DNA of 64,000 nt from assembly GCF_006345805.1 (NCBI RefSeq), contig NC_043000.1, forward strand, positions 126,914,001 through 126,978,000, read 5' to 3'. The translations under genes and the position numbers were made by a program. This document shows positions 38,832-52,149 of this stretch, in pieces. The stretch is from Octopus sinensis. Its lineage: Eukaryota. The notes beneath the pieces were generated by a model. It made no database searches and was not told where the DNA came from. It saw only the letters and a program-made list of their open reading frames with translations. Position 1 is the stretch's first letter. The number at the start of each line of letters is the position of its first letter.

Positions 38832-40174
38832 GTTATTGTTATTATCGTTATAAGCTGAGAATACTACAGGAGTTCAGGACCTAGAGTTTCTTGCGAAAGT
38901 ACTTATGAAACTAAGATTGGAAAATGTATGGAAAGTGTTTTTCTACTATTGTCATGGAAGCATCTATGTGTACAGGTGTATATATTGAGTTCTCTTAAAC
39001 AAACAATGTAGAACTCAGGTGAATGCTTTTACTAAAATGAATGTATGCAAATGAGTGTGCACACACAAGTGCATCATTAGCATGTGTGGCTGTCTGGCAT
39101 ATGTGTGTGTGTGTGTGTGCACGTGCATACTTGCACATGCATGTGTATGTGTGCACATCTGTGTGTTGTCTTTACTTTGTCTAAATTCATTATACTGATG
39201 ATACTGATTTATTTTTCTTTGTAGAAAGTTTACCGAAAGTGGCTTGTGTCATGAATTTGGACGAAGCAATAAAAGTAACAGACACACACACACAGCATGT
39301 GTGTTTCTAGAAATCCCATTTCACATCCTCAAGCTGCTATACCAGTAACTTTTTCACATTTATTCACTCTAATCATTGTAACTTTGATAGTAATTTTTTA
39401 AATCCTTTTAATGATTCTCAAAACAGTACAATAAATGGATCTCATATTCTTTTCATTGAAGTGAAAAGTACTTTGGCACAAAATTCTAAGCCTCCATGTG
39501 ACTATTGTAGTATTCTCATTTAATATAAAAAAATCCTATGCATACATATATTTATGTTAAAAGAATGATGTGTATAACAATTATAATGTTTATATAAATG
39601 TAAATAAAATGGTACCAGCTGGAATATTTTTTGTCAATGAAATTTCTCTCAAGAGAATTTGTGTGTTGAAAAGACAGCTGGCTTGGAATGATTTCAGTGA
39701 AACATCAGACACTGGTATTTTGGTTTGATTTAATCTCATCAGTGACAAACAACTCTAGACATTCTGAGCTAAATCAGAGCATGTAGTGTTTTTAACACAT
39801 TCTCTTAAGAGAAGTTTTATGAAGCAATATATTACAGCTAGTTTAGTTCTATATTTGTATATACATTATATATGTTTGCACACATTAAACACAGCATTAT
39901 TTTAACCCAATGCTATTTCAAGTGCATGTATTGATTTAAATATATGTGTGTATACATACATACATATATATATATATATGTATGTACAGACACACATATA
40001 TATAGCAAGTGATATAAATAAAGAATTTGTTGGTATGTTATATAGACAAAGAGTAAATTGTAGGCAGGTTATTTAAAGAAAACCCAGCATTCTGTTTGTT
40101 AGTAATATCAAAAGCAAATCCACATAGCACTTGTTAGTAATAAGTAATTCTTAGTCGTTTTAGTTCATAGTTAC

Positions 40175-40933
40175 CATAGACTTTGTTTTTAACTGGTATT
40201 GTACAGAAAGAGGTCTTGGGGAGAATCTAATTATTGTTCCAGGTAGTTGTTGCTGTTTACCGGGCCATTGAAATTTATTAGAGATTGATTCATGAGTTCT
40301 TAGAATAGGAGCTGAATTACTTTCACATATTAAACTGGAATTATTTAATGGTACATTACACATATTACTTGTAAATGTCATTAATTTTGGAGCTGATCCA
40401 AACCCTTTCATGTCATTTTTTATAAGATTTTGTGGTTTTGAATATTCAGTAGAAGAAGCCGAAATCTTTGTTGGTGTGGAAAATTTCTCTGTTGTTCTTT
40501 CATCGAAATTGAAGGCAAAGTGTTCTCTGTTCTGAGAATCAAGCTTATCTGAGAAAATTTTCCTAACAGGCGAATTTAATGTTTTGGAATAATCAGATCC
40601 CTTTGAAAGAATTGATCCCAAGGATAACGGTGTTTCAGGAGTCGAAGCACCAGATGAAGAAAAGTTTAGTGGGGTCGAAACACTAAATGAACGAAAGTTT
40701 GGGGACATTATGTCGCTTGTTGAAAGAAATATACCACTATCATATAATTTGGAATCTTCAGAGTTATTCAGTGTAGACATTTGTGGTTCACTGGCAGAAG
40801 GATTTAAGACTGGTTGGGGAATATTCCAAACAGTTGACCATTTTTGAAAATTAGCTTTCTTAGACAATTCTTTACTTCTTCTATAAATTTCATTCAGCCT
40901 TGCTTGGTTGGCTCTTATTTGAGCTGCTAGAGC
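40175..40933 (-). CDS. Internal coding exon 4: short helix followed by long S/T/P-rich low-complexity linker
   Basis: ttttcag acceptor in frame with ORF 40160-40867. Starts ALAAQIRANQARLNEIYRRSKEL, continuing the repeat from exon 3. ATG/gtaact donor gives 759 nt, phase 0. Confidence 0.8.
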
Positions 40934-41553
40934 CTGAAAACAATTTGGTTACTCTTTATCAAAGCATGCTAAATAGAAAATGACTATATCCATGATTCAT
41001 TAGTCAGTGTTAACAGCAACTACATACAAAGCAATATATAATATATGTATGTGTGAAATATGCATACATTGGTAAATGTGTGTGTGTGTGTGTGTGTGTG
41101 TGATATACACATATTTATAAACACATCTGTGATATGCATACATTAATAAACATATGTGTGTGTGATGTATATACATTTGTAAACCTCTGTGTGTGTGTGT
41201 GTTATGTGTGTGAAATGCATATATTTGCTATGTATGATATGTGTGATACACGTACAGTTGTAATGTGTGATATACATACATTTGTAAACATCTGTAGGTG
41301 AAATGTACATATACTTATAAACATAGACATGTCATTGTAAACGTGTGTGTGTGAGTGTGTGTGCGTGATATATTTTCTTATTCACAGGACAGTAATCCAC
41401 CAATCATTTCAGTGTACTTTAGCACTGGATCTGATAAAAGATGTGTATAAATGATGTGGTTGCTGATATAGCAACTAATTCCACATTAAAACATATCACA
41501 CATAAATCAGCCATCATCAGGTGGACATCTTCCTCAGCCACAAGAAATATCCA

Positions 41554-41587
<34 letters not shown>

Positions 41588-41661
41588 TCACAGATACACA
41601 TACATGGATATTCAAAAGTAAGTGAATAAAACAAGACATAAAACAGCTATTAGAGAAATAA

Positions 41662-41732
<71 letters not shown>

Positions 41733-42099
41733 CAAGACAGTTATAAAGAAAACAGACAGTAGTGAGATCAATAGAAATGAAGAATTGACAACTTGTATTG
41801 CAACAGTTATTGAGACATTCTTTACAATATGAATCACAACTAATGTCACTTACAATAGAGAAGGAGGGTTAGGGTTAGAGGAGATGCTACATGGTTAGGG
41901 TATGGTTTTAAATACGTTTGCCTTCAGAAAAAAATGCTGAACTGAAATTGTAGATTTTTGTTAAAACTAAAATTCAGTCATCATTACTATTATCTTAATC
42001 CATATATACATGGTAGGCTAGAAGTAACTACCTTAAGTTTTAATTAGAATTTTAAAGTTTATATTTGTCAAGCTGTGCTCTGAATACCACAATCAGACA

Positions 42100-42140
42100 A
42101 CCAGACACATGTTTCTGTATGATTATACTTCATCAGTGAT
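42100..42140 (-). ncRNA. Minimal hammerhead ribozyme motif, sense to host pre-mRNA
   Basis: Reverse complement reads ATCA CTGATGA A-GTAT-aatc-ATAC-A GAAA CATGTG TC TGGT. Core intact, GUC triplet, A-A mismatch at the base of stem II. Confidence 0.6.
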
Positions 42141-43009
42141 AGACACAGCATCAGTTGTTCATAGTTTAGTCGAAACTGCCATTCTTATATGTAAACAACA
42201 AAATATACATTTGCTGGCATGTGCAAAACCTTGTCAAACCAGGATTAATTATAAACATACAAAGCAATAGTTATTAAACTGAAATTGTGTACATTAAAAT
42301 TCGACATGCTCATGTACATTCAAACACGGAAAGACATTCACTGTGGTTATTGTAGTTATTAATCTTCACTGCTTAGTATTTTTATAATTAATTTATATTT
42401 TTCTTTTCTTTTTAAGTTATGGTGTTCTATATTACTATTTTAGTAAAAGATTTCTTTTAGTTTTAAATGTATTATTTATTCAGATTAAAATTTAAAGTAA
42501 TTACTTTGACCCATCTTGTACAAAATTTGATAAACCATATATGGTATTATAGTTATATATGTGAATCCATAGAACATGTATGGATTACTACTCAACAGAT
42601 TGATTACTCAAATAAATTTACAGCACAATTTTCTCTCAGATAATATGTGAGTGAAAGGTATATTGTAATGGTTGGGTGTAATAATGAAATGGATTTTCTA
42701 ACACAAGCCATGGCAGGATTAAAGAAAGACTAATGACAATAACTGTGACAAAGATATTTATAAAGAATGTTATTAACTCACGATTAATATGGGTAATAAT
42801 ACATAGACAGAGTGAATACATAAATTATAGATAAACATATTGAAAACATACAAAGGAGCATAGAAATGAAATCACTTCTACCATGATGGTTTTACATGCC
42901 ATTTTCTAGTAGTGCACAGAAACATATAAACATTACTTGTAAACTGAAAATGGTGAGGGTTAATTATTAAAGAGTCATAGAGGATTGTAAAATTATAACA
43001 TCATGTTAA

Positions 43010-43225
43010 CCCTTTCATTACCAACCCGGTTGAAACCAGCTCTGGCTGTGAGTACAAATGTCTTGTTTTCATAAGTTTTGAACTAAAATCTTCCACCAAA
43101 CCTTAGTCACAATTTATGTTCTTAACACTAGCTGAATGATAACTAAGTTATTTTACTAAATTCTTTGTTATAAAGTTATTGAAGGAAACACAGAGCATCT
43201 CAAAATAAATTCAGTAACAAAAGGG
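43010..43225. mobile_element. piggyBac-type MITE
   Basis: TTAA|CCCTTTCATTAC ... GTAACAAAAGGG|TTAA: TTAA target duplication and CCC/GGG termini. Confidence 0.75.
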
Positions 43226-43736
43226 TTAAAGTGATTTCCATGTAGTAATAGAGACGTTAATCTTTTCATAGCTCCTACTTTTGATAGTTTTTAATATGTA
43301 ATTATTAGTTATAATTAATTCTATTAATGAGACATATATTTTCAACTAGTTGTAGCTATTTTACTTCTACTGTTATTTCTTACATATTTTACATGCTCCA
43401 CAATGGCTCTGAACTTTGGATAAGAAACATGTTATTCACCTCAATATACTGGAAGAATCTTGTATTGTAATTTATGACTGTTTGGTTCAGTTGATATATT
43501 TAGTATTTTGTGACTATTTAGAGTGAATTATACCAGTTTTTTGTCATGGTAATTTGTTATGTAGACACCAGACTTTATTGTATGGTTAAGAAGTTCACTT
43601 TGTAACCATGTGATTCTGGGTTCAATCCTACTGTATGACATGTTAGGAAAGTGGGGTCTAATAAAGCCTTTGGCTGTCCAATGTGTAGTGAAGGAAATTT
43701 GGTAAACAAAGACTATGCAGAAGCTTGTCATGTATT

Positions 43737-43798
<62 letters not shown>

Positions 43799-45062
43799 GC
43801 ATAACATTTATATATGTATATGTATGTATATATTGGGAAATCATACACATTAGAGAGAAATAGTGAATAAATCAGTGCATTGAAGAAAATTATTTTGAGG
43901 TGTATATTTTATCTGAGTTGCACAAAGACTCCCTTGTGTTTCTCACCTAAACTTTGGAGACAGAGTGAACTAGTGACTGATTGGTACATTAGGAACTATA
44001 ATTAATGAGAGTATTATTCTCAAAATATGTGATACAAATAAATATAAGCCAGTTTTTGAAGTAGTATAACATGGTTAATTGAATCTACCCTAGCACATTA
44101 CTGGTACTTATTTTAACAATTCTAAAGGAATGACATGCTAAGTTAACACTGGCTACAAAGAAGAGAACTAAAGCAATTAGTGAAATATTATATGGTTTTT
44201 GCTACTTCACCACTTGTTTTTAATACAGATCATAGTTTAGTAGCATTAGTATGAGTCCTTTTCTGACATTTAAATCATGGTAGAACTCTATAAAATCTGT
44301 TAGCTGTTCATTCGTTTTCTAAATTCTACAATGCTTCAACTGGCTTTTACATACAGATGATGTTTTCTATATATTTAAATGCAGCCATGTGTTAGAGAAT
44401 GTAATATTATGGCAAACACTGACTCAAGCTTTAAAGAAAACATAGTAATTTATTTGAGTATTTACTTTACTACTGTAGCTCTTTAAAAGTCGATAAAGCC
44501 ATGATCATTTAAAATTAGTTAAGGGGAAAAAGATTTATAAATTTCTATTGTATTCTTTCAGTTTCCAATACCTAAGCACTATTCTTATTTGGCACTCTGC
44601 CAAAAAAATTGCTTCTTTTTTTTCTGTCTCTCTTTACAACACACTCCAATAATTCAATTTTTACTTTTTACTAAATTGAATTTAGCTGATGCACACCAAT
44701 ACTCGTCTCTTCAAATGATTACATTATATACAGAAGTATATTTGCAAGCATTTAAAACCAATCAGTGTCGTTCATGTTTTGTATAGAAAATATATCTATT
44801 AACACATTTTTTTTATATATAGAAAACTTAGGAACATTTTTGCTACAGAAATTTATTTTTCATTCTTAAGATCATCTTATAAATTTCATTATATTTCTGC
44901 ATAAGTCTATTTAGTTTTAAAAAAATGTATTCATGATTTAAAGTGACGATAAGTGTTCTGGATTTATGGTAAGAACATATATTTCTAGATTAAAGGTGAG
45001 AAAAAAAAAAGTGTTCTGGATTAAAGATGAGAAAAAGAGACAAAGTAAACTTCACTATTTAC

Positions 45063-45374
45063 CTCATTTTCTTGCTTTTCTCTTCTTAAAATTTCAATAT
45101 CTGCTGAAGTATTGTAGGTATGGAACAATTTGGTCTGTACAGAAGACAAAGCTGTTTTGACATGCTTTATCTCTTGATCATTCTCTTCTTTCTGTTTGAC
45201 AGCCTTCAATAGCCAATCATGGTGTTCTTTAGCTGACTTGTGTAATTCTTCAATTTCAGACATTAATGAGGAATGCTGAGAACTTTTGTAGCTGGCATTC
45301 TGCATTTGACTTGGCAGCAATTGTAGTAAATTTTCTGATTTTTTCTTCTGATTTTCTATATCTTCTAGAATTTT
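45063..45374 (-). CDS. Internal coding exon 3, spectrin repeat
   Basis: atacag acceptor, GAG/gtaaat donor, 312 nt, phase 0. Reads KILEDIENQKKKSENLL...HHDWLLKAVKQKEE...REKQENE. Confidence 0.88.
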
Positions 45375-46778
45375 CTGTATGAGTTAAAATAAGATTAAGA
45401 AAAATTGATATTTCTTAATGGGATTGTTTTTTTTTTTAATTTTAATGACAAACCATGCAAACAGAGAAACAGTGATGATAAAAGTGGCAATGGTCTGGTT
45501 CTGGTAAGGTCAAAAGGAAAAATTCCCAGCCTACAACCAGGCAAATAGTCTGATTTTGTTCTGGGAATATGAATATGAGTATGGAAATGTGGGCCAGGCA
45601 CCTCGGGATCAACTTTGCCTTTCATCCTTCAGAAATTGATAAATAAAGCATTAGTCTAGGATTTGGGTTAGTGAAATTGTTAGGGCCTTGGATAGATGCC
45701 TTATGTTATTTTTCTCAGCCCTTAGCATTTTGAGTTCAAATCCTGCTGCATCCTATCTGTGGGGCAGACTTAATCTGTCACCTGTTGTAATACCACCACA
45801 TGGCCTCAAGTGCTTTAAATGGAATCTAGTCTACTGTAAGCATTCAGATTAAAATGCATTGGTTTGACAATAACTTCTTAACACCCTCCCTCCAAAACAT
45901 CAGTTTTGAAGACTTTGGAAAAGGTCACAGGCACTACCATTTTCCATAACTAAGCAGAAAAAAATAACAATCCTTTCTACTAGGGGCATAAGACCTGAAA
46001 TCTGGAGGATACATTGACCCCAGTGTTTCTCTGGTACATAATTTATCAGCCCCAAAAGGATGAAATGCAAAGTTGTCTTTGGAAGAATTTGAACCCAGAA
46101 TGTAAAGGCAAACAAGATACCACTAAACATTCTGCCAGCTTGCCACCTAATATAATAATGCTACCACTGCCACCGTTATGATGCCCTGATGCAATACCAG
46201 GCAGTGGCTATCATGGCTTCTGATCCTAACTGATTGGAAGTGTTATCATGTACATTGTTTTGTTTTGGTATAAAAGATAGGCTAGAGCAAATATTCTGCC
46301 AAAAAAAACAGATTTGCTTGTCAGTTGTTTGACCGTAAACAGTTGAGCATGTCCCTTAGTGGCTGACGATATATGCATCTCTGATCACGAGCAGAAGTAG
46401 TGGGGGAACATCATAGCCATGTGTTGAGAGGGATTCTTTGGGGTTTGAATAATTCACCTTTGGAAACCTGGGTATTTCATTCAACATCTTTAAACAAACC
46501 TTATTCAGGGACCTTTTGAGTGGGATGGACTACTCAACCTGCAGAAAATTCTAACTGGGCCCCACCTGCAAGTTCATGCACTGTTTGTCTTGATATGAAA
46601 TCACTATGTTGCACACATATGGTTGTGATGCATGTGTCTGGTATACCCTTATCAGACGAGTAGTCATGATGAGTATACTGGGCTTCATATATTTGTACTC
46701 CAGCATCACTTTGATGGCATGCACTGCTCTCTCACCCAATAATGATAATGATGATGATAATAATAATAATAATAATAA

Positions 46779-47330
46779 GGGAGAAAATGTGTCGATTCTC
46801 TGGGACTTCCCTGTACATACCGACAAAACTATAAAAGCTAATAAACTGAATATTATTATAAAAGATCAGACAAAAAAGGTGTGTTTATTAATTGACATGA
46901 GTATTTCTTGCAATCACAATATAGCGGCAAAAGAATTTGACAAGATCAGTAAATATAAAGGCTTGCTAATAGAAATTGAAAAAATGTGGCATTTCAAGGC
47001 GACCACAGTACGAGTGATTGTGGGATCTCTAGGAATGATAAAAAAAGGTACTGAAACCTATTTGAAAATGACACCAGGCTTACCATCCCTACAGGAAGTG
47101 CAAAAAATCGTGTTAACTGGAATGACTCATGTACTGAGAAGAGCATTATTGCTGTGAAAACAACATCCATTCAGGAATTTATTCATTTGTTAATTTTTTT
47201 TTTAAATACATATTTTACCTGTGAATTTGCGTGTGTAATCTGGGAATGCATAAAATGAGCTTCTCTGCTCTAGGTGTACAGAAAACACTCATCGAGAAAT
47301 GGAAGAAAATTTGAAGAAAGAAGAATAAAA
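46779..47330 (+). mobile_element. 3' fragment of an RLE-type (Dong/R4-like) non-LTR retrotransposon inserted in (TAA)n
   Basis: ILWDFPVHTDKTIKANKLNIIIKD...CLLIDMSI...KISKYKGL...VIVGSLGMI...QKIVLTG is a restriction-like endonuclease domain with a decayed PD motif. (TAA)n lies on both flanks. Confidence 0.82.
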
Positions 47331-48014
47331 AAATAATAATAATAATAAATTAATAGGTGCAGGTCTGGCTGTGTGGTGAAGAAGACTCCTTCCAAATTCT
47401 ATGGCTTCAGGTCCACTGCATGGCACCTTGGGCAAGAATGTTGTGAGTGGAATTGGTAAATGGAAATAGAAATAAGCCTGTTGTATGTGTGCGTGTGTGT
47501 GTGTATGTGCTTAAGCTTTCTTGTCTTGATAATTGTTAATGAATGTTACTGTCACACAAGGGATGCCATTCATTTCCAATCTTCCTTGAAAACTATGTCC
47601 AGCCAATGGGAAATGGTACCCTGCATGGAAACAAGTGAGAGCTGGCGACAGGAAAGGCTTCTGGTTGTAGAAAGTCTACCTCAGTTAATTCTGTCTGACC
47701 CATGCAAGCATGTGCCTCCACTATACAATGGAAGCACACAGTTTAGGGATTAGTATGTTGAACTAATGATCATAAGATTGTGGTTTTGATTCTTGGACCA
47801 GGTGATGTATCGTATTCTTCAGCAAAACACTTCTTTGCACATTGAAATGAGCAATCCTGTGACAGACTGGTGTCCTGTCCAGGGAGGAGTATATATGACA
47901 GAGAACCCAAGGAAACTGACCCTATACTTGTTAGAGAGTAATGTGGACTAACCATGGATGTTAAAGCAATGAAGATGATAAGAATAAAGATGATGATGAT
48001 GATGAAATACCTAC

Positions 48015-48320
48015 CTCATTGAGAGATAATTGGTCCTGTAATGTGAGAGTTGTATCACTAACATGTAACTGCTGCTGAGTAAAGACAAGCCATTCATTCA
48101 TAGATTTCAGTTGGTTTTCAAACTCAGCCACTTGTGACATAGCATCATCAAGAGAAGTAAAATTGTTGTTCACTTTACCACGCATGTTGAAAAGACGTTG
48201 ACTAATGAGAGAGATGTGATGTGCTGGCTCACTGGCATCAGATATCTGGGCAAGATGTTTTACAGTGCTGTTCAGATAGTCTACCTTACTTTGGTTTTCC
48301 AACAGCTCTGTGGATAATCT
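48015..48320 (-). CDS. Internal coding exon 2, spectrin repeat
   Basis: ttacag acceptor, GAG/gtaggt donor, 306 nt, phase 0. Reads RLSTELLENQSKVDYL...FENQLKSMNEWLVFTQQQL...LSLNE. Confidence 0.9.
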
Positions 48321-48827
48321 CTGTAATAAAAATAAAAATAAAGGCAATAGATAACCAGTTAATAATTGTAAAAGAAATATTTTTTAATTCAATGTTCATG
48401 ATATCAACAAGTTCAATAACAAAAACATAAAATTGGTAAGGTAGCAGCAAAATCAAAGAACAAACCAATTTTCAATTTCAACTCGGATACATTTCACTTG
48501 TATTGGAAAAACATATACAAATATCACAACTCTCATTCCATCACACTTCCTCACAAAATCAATGAAACTAGTTGCTAATAGTTAGATATATCTGTTTTTT
48601 GAAATAGTAAAGCAACCAACTTTATACACACACACACACGTATATACAGGTTCGACCAAACGTCACGCACAAAATAAGTTCAATATGCTCTGGAATAGTC
48701 AAAGACATGCATCAACTTTTCTAATGATGAATACACATGTACTTGTACATGGTGAACAAAATGAACAACAACAATAATAAAAATAATAATAATAATAATG
48801 ATGATAATAATAATAATAATAATAATA

Positions 48828-48861
<34 letters not shown>

Positions 48862-50527
48862 CAATAACAATAACAAGAGCAATTAGGGAGTGCAAACTTC
48901 CACCAAAGCAACACCAACATCCTCTCAACAATTAGCTGGGGATGATTTTTAAAATGAGAATATCTGAAATAAACTTGACAGCCCTCACAAACGAGAATAC
49001 TAAAATTGAATCTGACCGCTCTCAAAAATTAATTTTAAAAATTGAAAAAATAACCCAGAATCCTTGTCCAGTACCTGATCAATCACAATGGTAGTCATAG
49101 AATGTGAAGGTAGGGGTGCAGGACGTGTTTGTAATGCTGTGTTTCATCTGCAGTGGAACAGGGACAGTTTTGTCTATGAAAACCTTTTTTTAGTCTATCC
49201 ATTGATATAGTGTCTTTATGACAATTAAGGGCTATAGTGAAAAATTTATCTGTGCATGAAAGAAAATAGAAGGGATCTGCATACAGTGCTGTTAACAGAG
49301 GTTTAACAACATCGTTGTGCACAAAATTTGAGTCCAAGAAGTAAGGCTTTCTTCAAGGCAGAACTAGAAATACAACTGTCAAGAAGGTAAGAAGTTTTAA
49401 ACAGGAACAATATATTCAAAATTGGTAAAACTAAAAGTTGTCAAGGATAAATTAAATTTATTATTGTTACTGAATATGTTAGTGTTATTTAATTTCTGAA
49501 TGGTTTTGCTGCTGTTTGTTTATGTAGTTTGATGATGATGATGATATATATATATAAATAAATATATATATATTTATATTAGGTTGTTAATGGGGTTGTT
49601 ATATTAGGTTGTTAATGGGGTTACCCTGGGTTTCTTACTCATAAGGGGTTTAGCCATACGGCATATCTTCAGACTCAAAACACTGCTGACCTGAGACCTC
49701 TTTAAAATATGGAGGGGAAAAAGCCTCATTTTTAAGGGTAGGGTAAAAACTGTAGGTGATTATCTCCCTTTGCCATTGTCCATCGATCTTTGGTTGTGCT
49801 GCCATCTTGCAGTCACCAAAGTACCACAAAGGTAAACTATTGTCTCCCTTCAGTGTTGGCTATTGGTTTCCGGCTGTTGTGCCACCATACAGATTCCAAA
49901 AAGGCCAATGTAAGTGTTCCAGGCCTGTGTCATTTAATAAATTTAATCCTTCATTTCCAACAATATCACTATTCTTTTGCTATTATATGCATGGTGTGTA
50001 TATATTTAATGCATAAACATAATATGACACCTGTGCCGGTGACATGTAAAAAGCACTGTCTGAACGTGGCAGATGCCAGCACCGCCTGACTGGCGTCTGT
50101 GTTGGTGACACGTAAAAGCACCAACCGATCATGGCCATTTGCCAGCCTCCTCTGGCCCCTGTGCTGGTGGCACGTAAAACCACCCAACACGGAGTAGTTG
50201 GCGTTAGGAAGGGCATCCAGCTGTAGAAACACTGCCAAACAAGATTGGAACCTGGTGCAGCCTCCATGGCTTACCAGACCCCGGTCAAACCGTCCAACCC
50301 ATGCTAGCATGTAAAAAACAGACGCTAAATGATGATTATGATGATGATATCATAGCACTTAAATCATGGTTAACTGAGTTTGAATATATACATATATATA
50401 TTGATTGTGGGGTATATGAGCTAATACTTTCAAATATGTGTGTCTTAGTGTATGTGTGTACATGTATGCCTGTATACATACATGTGTAGAAAGGCACATC
50501 CACAGAATGGGGTGATTATATGTGTGT

Positions 50528-50578
<51 letters not shown>

Positions 50579-50709
50579 TATACATGCATATATAAATATA
50601 TGCATGTATATATAGGTGCATATACATGAGTGTGTGTGTGTGTTTGTGTGTATATATATAGACATGTGCACATGCATGTGTGTATTACATATATATATAT
50701 ATACACACA

Positions 50710-51489
50710 AGGGGTACTGAAAAGTAATGATGCATCATTTCATGTAATGAGTTAAAATCAGCATAAAACATATTGTAACTGTATCTATTCATTCTAAATA
50801 TAATCTCCTTTTTAAGCAAAAACATTTTCCCATGTTGAAACCAATTTTCTGATTCCTCAGGCAAAAGAAAATCTGATTCGTTAGAAGAGAAAAACGACTG
50901 GAGCCCTGTTTCAACATCATTTCTGCTTCTGAATGTTTTTCCACTGGTAAAGTGCTCAAGCGACCTGAGGAAGTGAAAATGCAATGGTGCTAGGTCTGTT
51001 GATTACAGAAAATGAAGCAGAGCTTCCCAACCTAATGAATTTAACTTTTCTTGAGTTATCTCTGCAGAATGTCATCATGACTTAGTTGACTAAAGCTGTT
51101 TTTTTAGCAAAATTTGATTGATATGTTCAAGTTGTTGACAATATAATATTCTACAGTGATGATTTTTTCCTTGTTTCAATACTTTGAATGCTTGGATGTT
51201 GGAACTGAATTTTCATTTGGCAATAGCCACTGCTTTTTACATTTCATTGTTGGCATAAGCTATCCATTTCTTACATATTCAGGTCACTCGAACACTTAAG
51301 GCAATGTTGAAATGGCCTTCCAAACATTTTTCTCTTCTAAAGCATCGAGGAACTAGAAAACTGGTTTCAAGGTGGGAAAATGTTATTGGTAATGATGGTG
51401 ATTATATTTAGATTGAATAAATACAGTTACAATATGTTTTATTCTGATTTGAACCCATTACATATGTTACATTACTTTCTGGTACCCTG
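50710..51489. mobile_element. Mariner-derived element built from two inverted transposase 3' ends
   Basis: Termini GGGTACTGAAAAGTAATG / CATTACTTTCTGGTACCC. Minus strand has DLAPLHFHFLRSLEHF...DVETGLQSFFSS; the plus strand repeats FRSLEH...LVSRWENVIGNDGDYI at 51275-51410. Confidence 0.72.
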
Positions 51490-51695
51490 ATATATATATA
51501 GTTAAGGTATATTCTGTTAAGAATGTAGTAGAGTAGGCATAGGAGTGGCTGTGTGGTAAGTAGCTTGCTTATGAACTATATAGTTCTGGGTTCAGTCCCA
51601 CTGCATGGCACCTTGGGCAAGTGTCTTCTACTATAGCCTCAGGCCGACCAAAGCCTTGTAACTGGATTTGGCAGATGGAAACTGAAAGAAGCCCG

Positions 51696-51745
<50 letters not shown>

Positions 51746-52149
51746 ATATGTTTGTGTGTCTCTGTTTGCCCCCTCCCCCACCATCACTTGACAACTGATG
51801 CTGGTGTGCTTACGTCACCGAAACATAGCAGTTCGGCAAAAGAGACCGATAGAATAAGTACTAGGCTTACAAAGAATAAGTCCTGGGGTTGATTTGCTTG
51901 ACTAAAGGCAGTGCTTCAGCATGGCCACAATCAAATGACTGACACAAGTAAAAGAGAGTAAAGAGTACAGTATAAAGCTCATCCACCTTCAGATTTACCC
52001 TGTGCTATCCAGTAGTAGTATTATACATACTTCCAGGTTTGTGTTTGGGCATCTGGCATGTGTGAACAGATAATTGAAGAATTGGAGTCAATAAAAAGGG
52101 GCACGGTCGACCATTTATTTTTTAATCACTATAATTGTTTCCACATATA

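Noticed and set aside
39190-39260. Possible C/D-box snoRNA (TGATGA plus terminal stem)
   Set aside because: No CTGA box D next to the 3' stem, and it is antisense to the host intron.
41395-41525. Minus-strand CTGATGA...GAAATGATT with CCAC/GTGG ends; similar case at 30595-30697
   Set aside because: Stem II region is ~100 nt with no convincing pairing and the stem I register is off; too weak to call a hammerhead.
46606-46778. N-terminal part of the 183-aa ORF
   Set aside because: Derived from an unrelated repeat plus the (TAA)n tract, fortuitously in frame with the RLE fragment.
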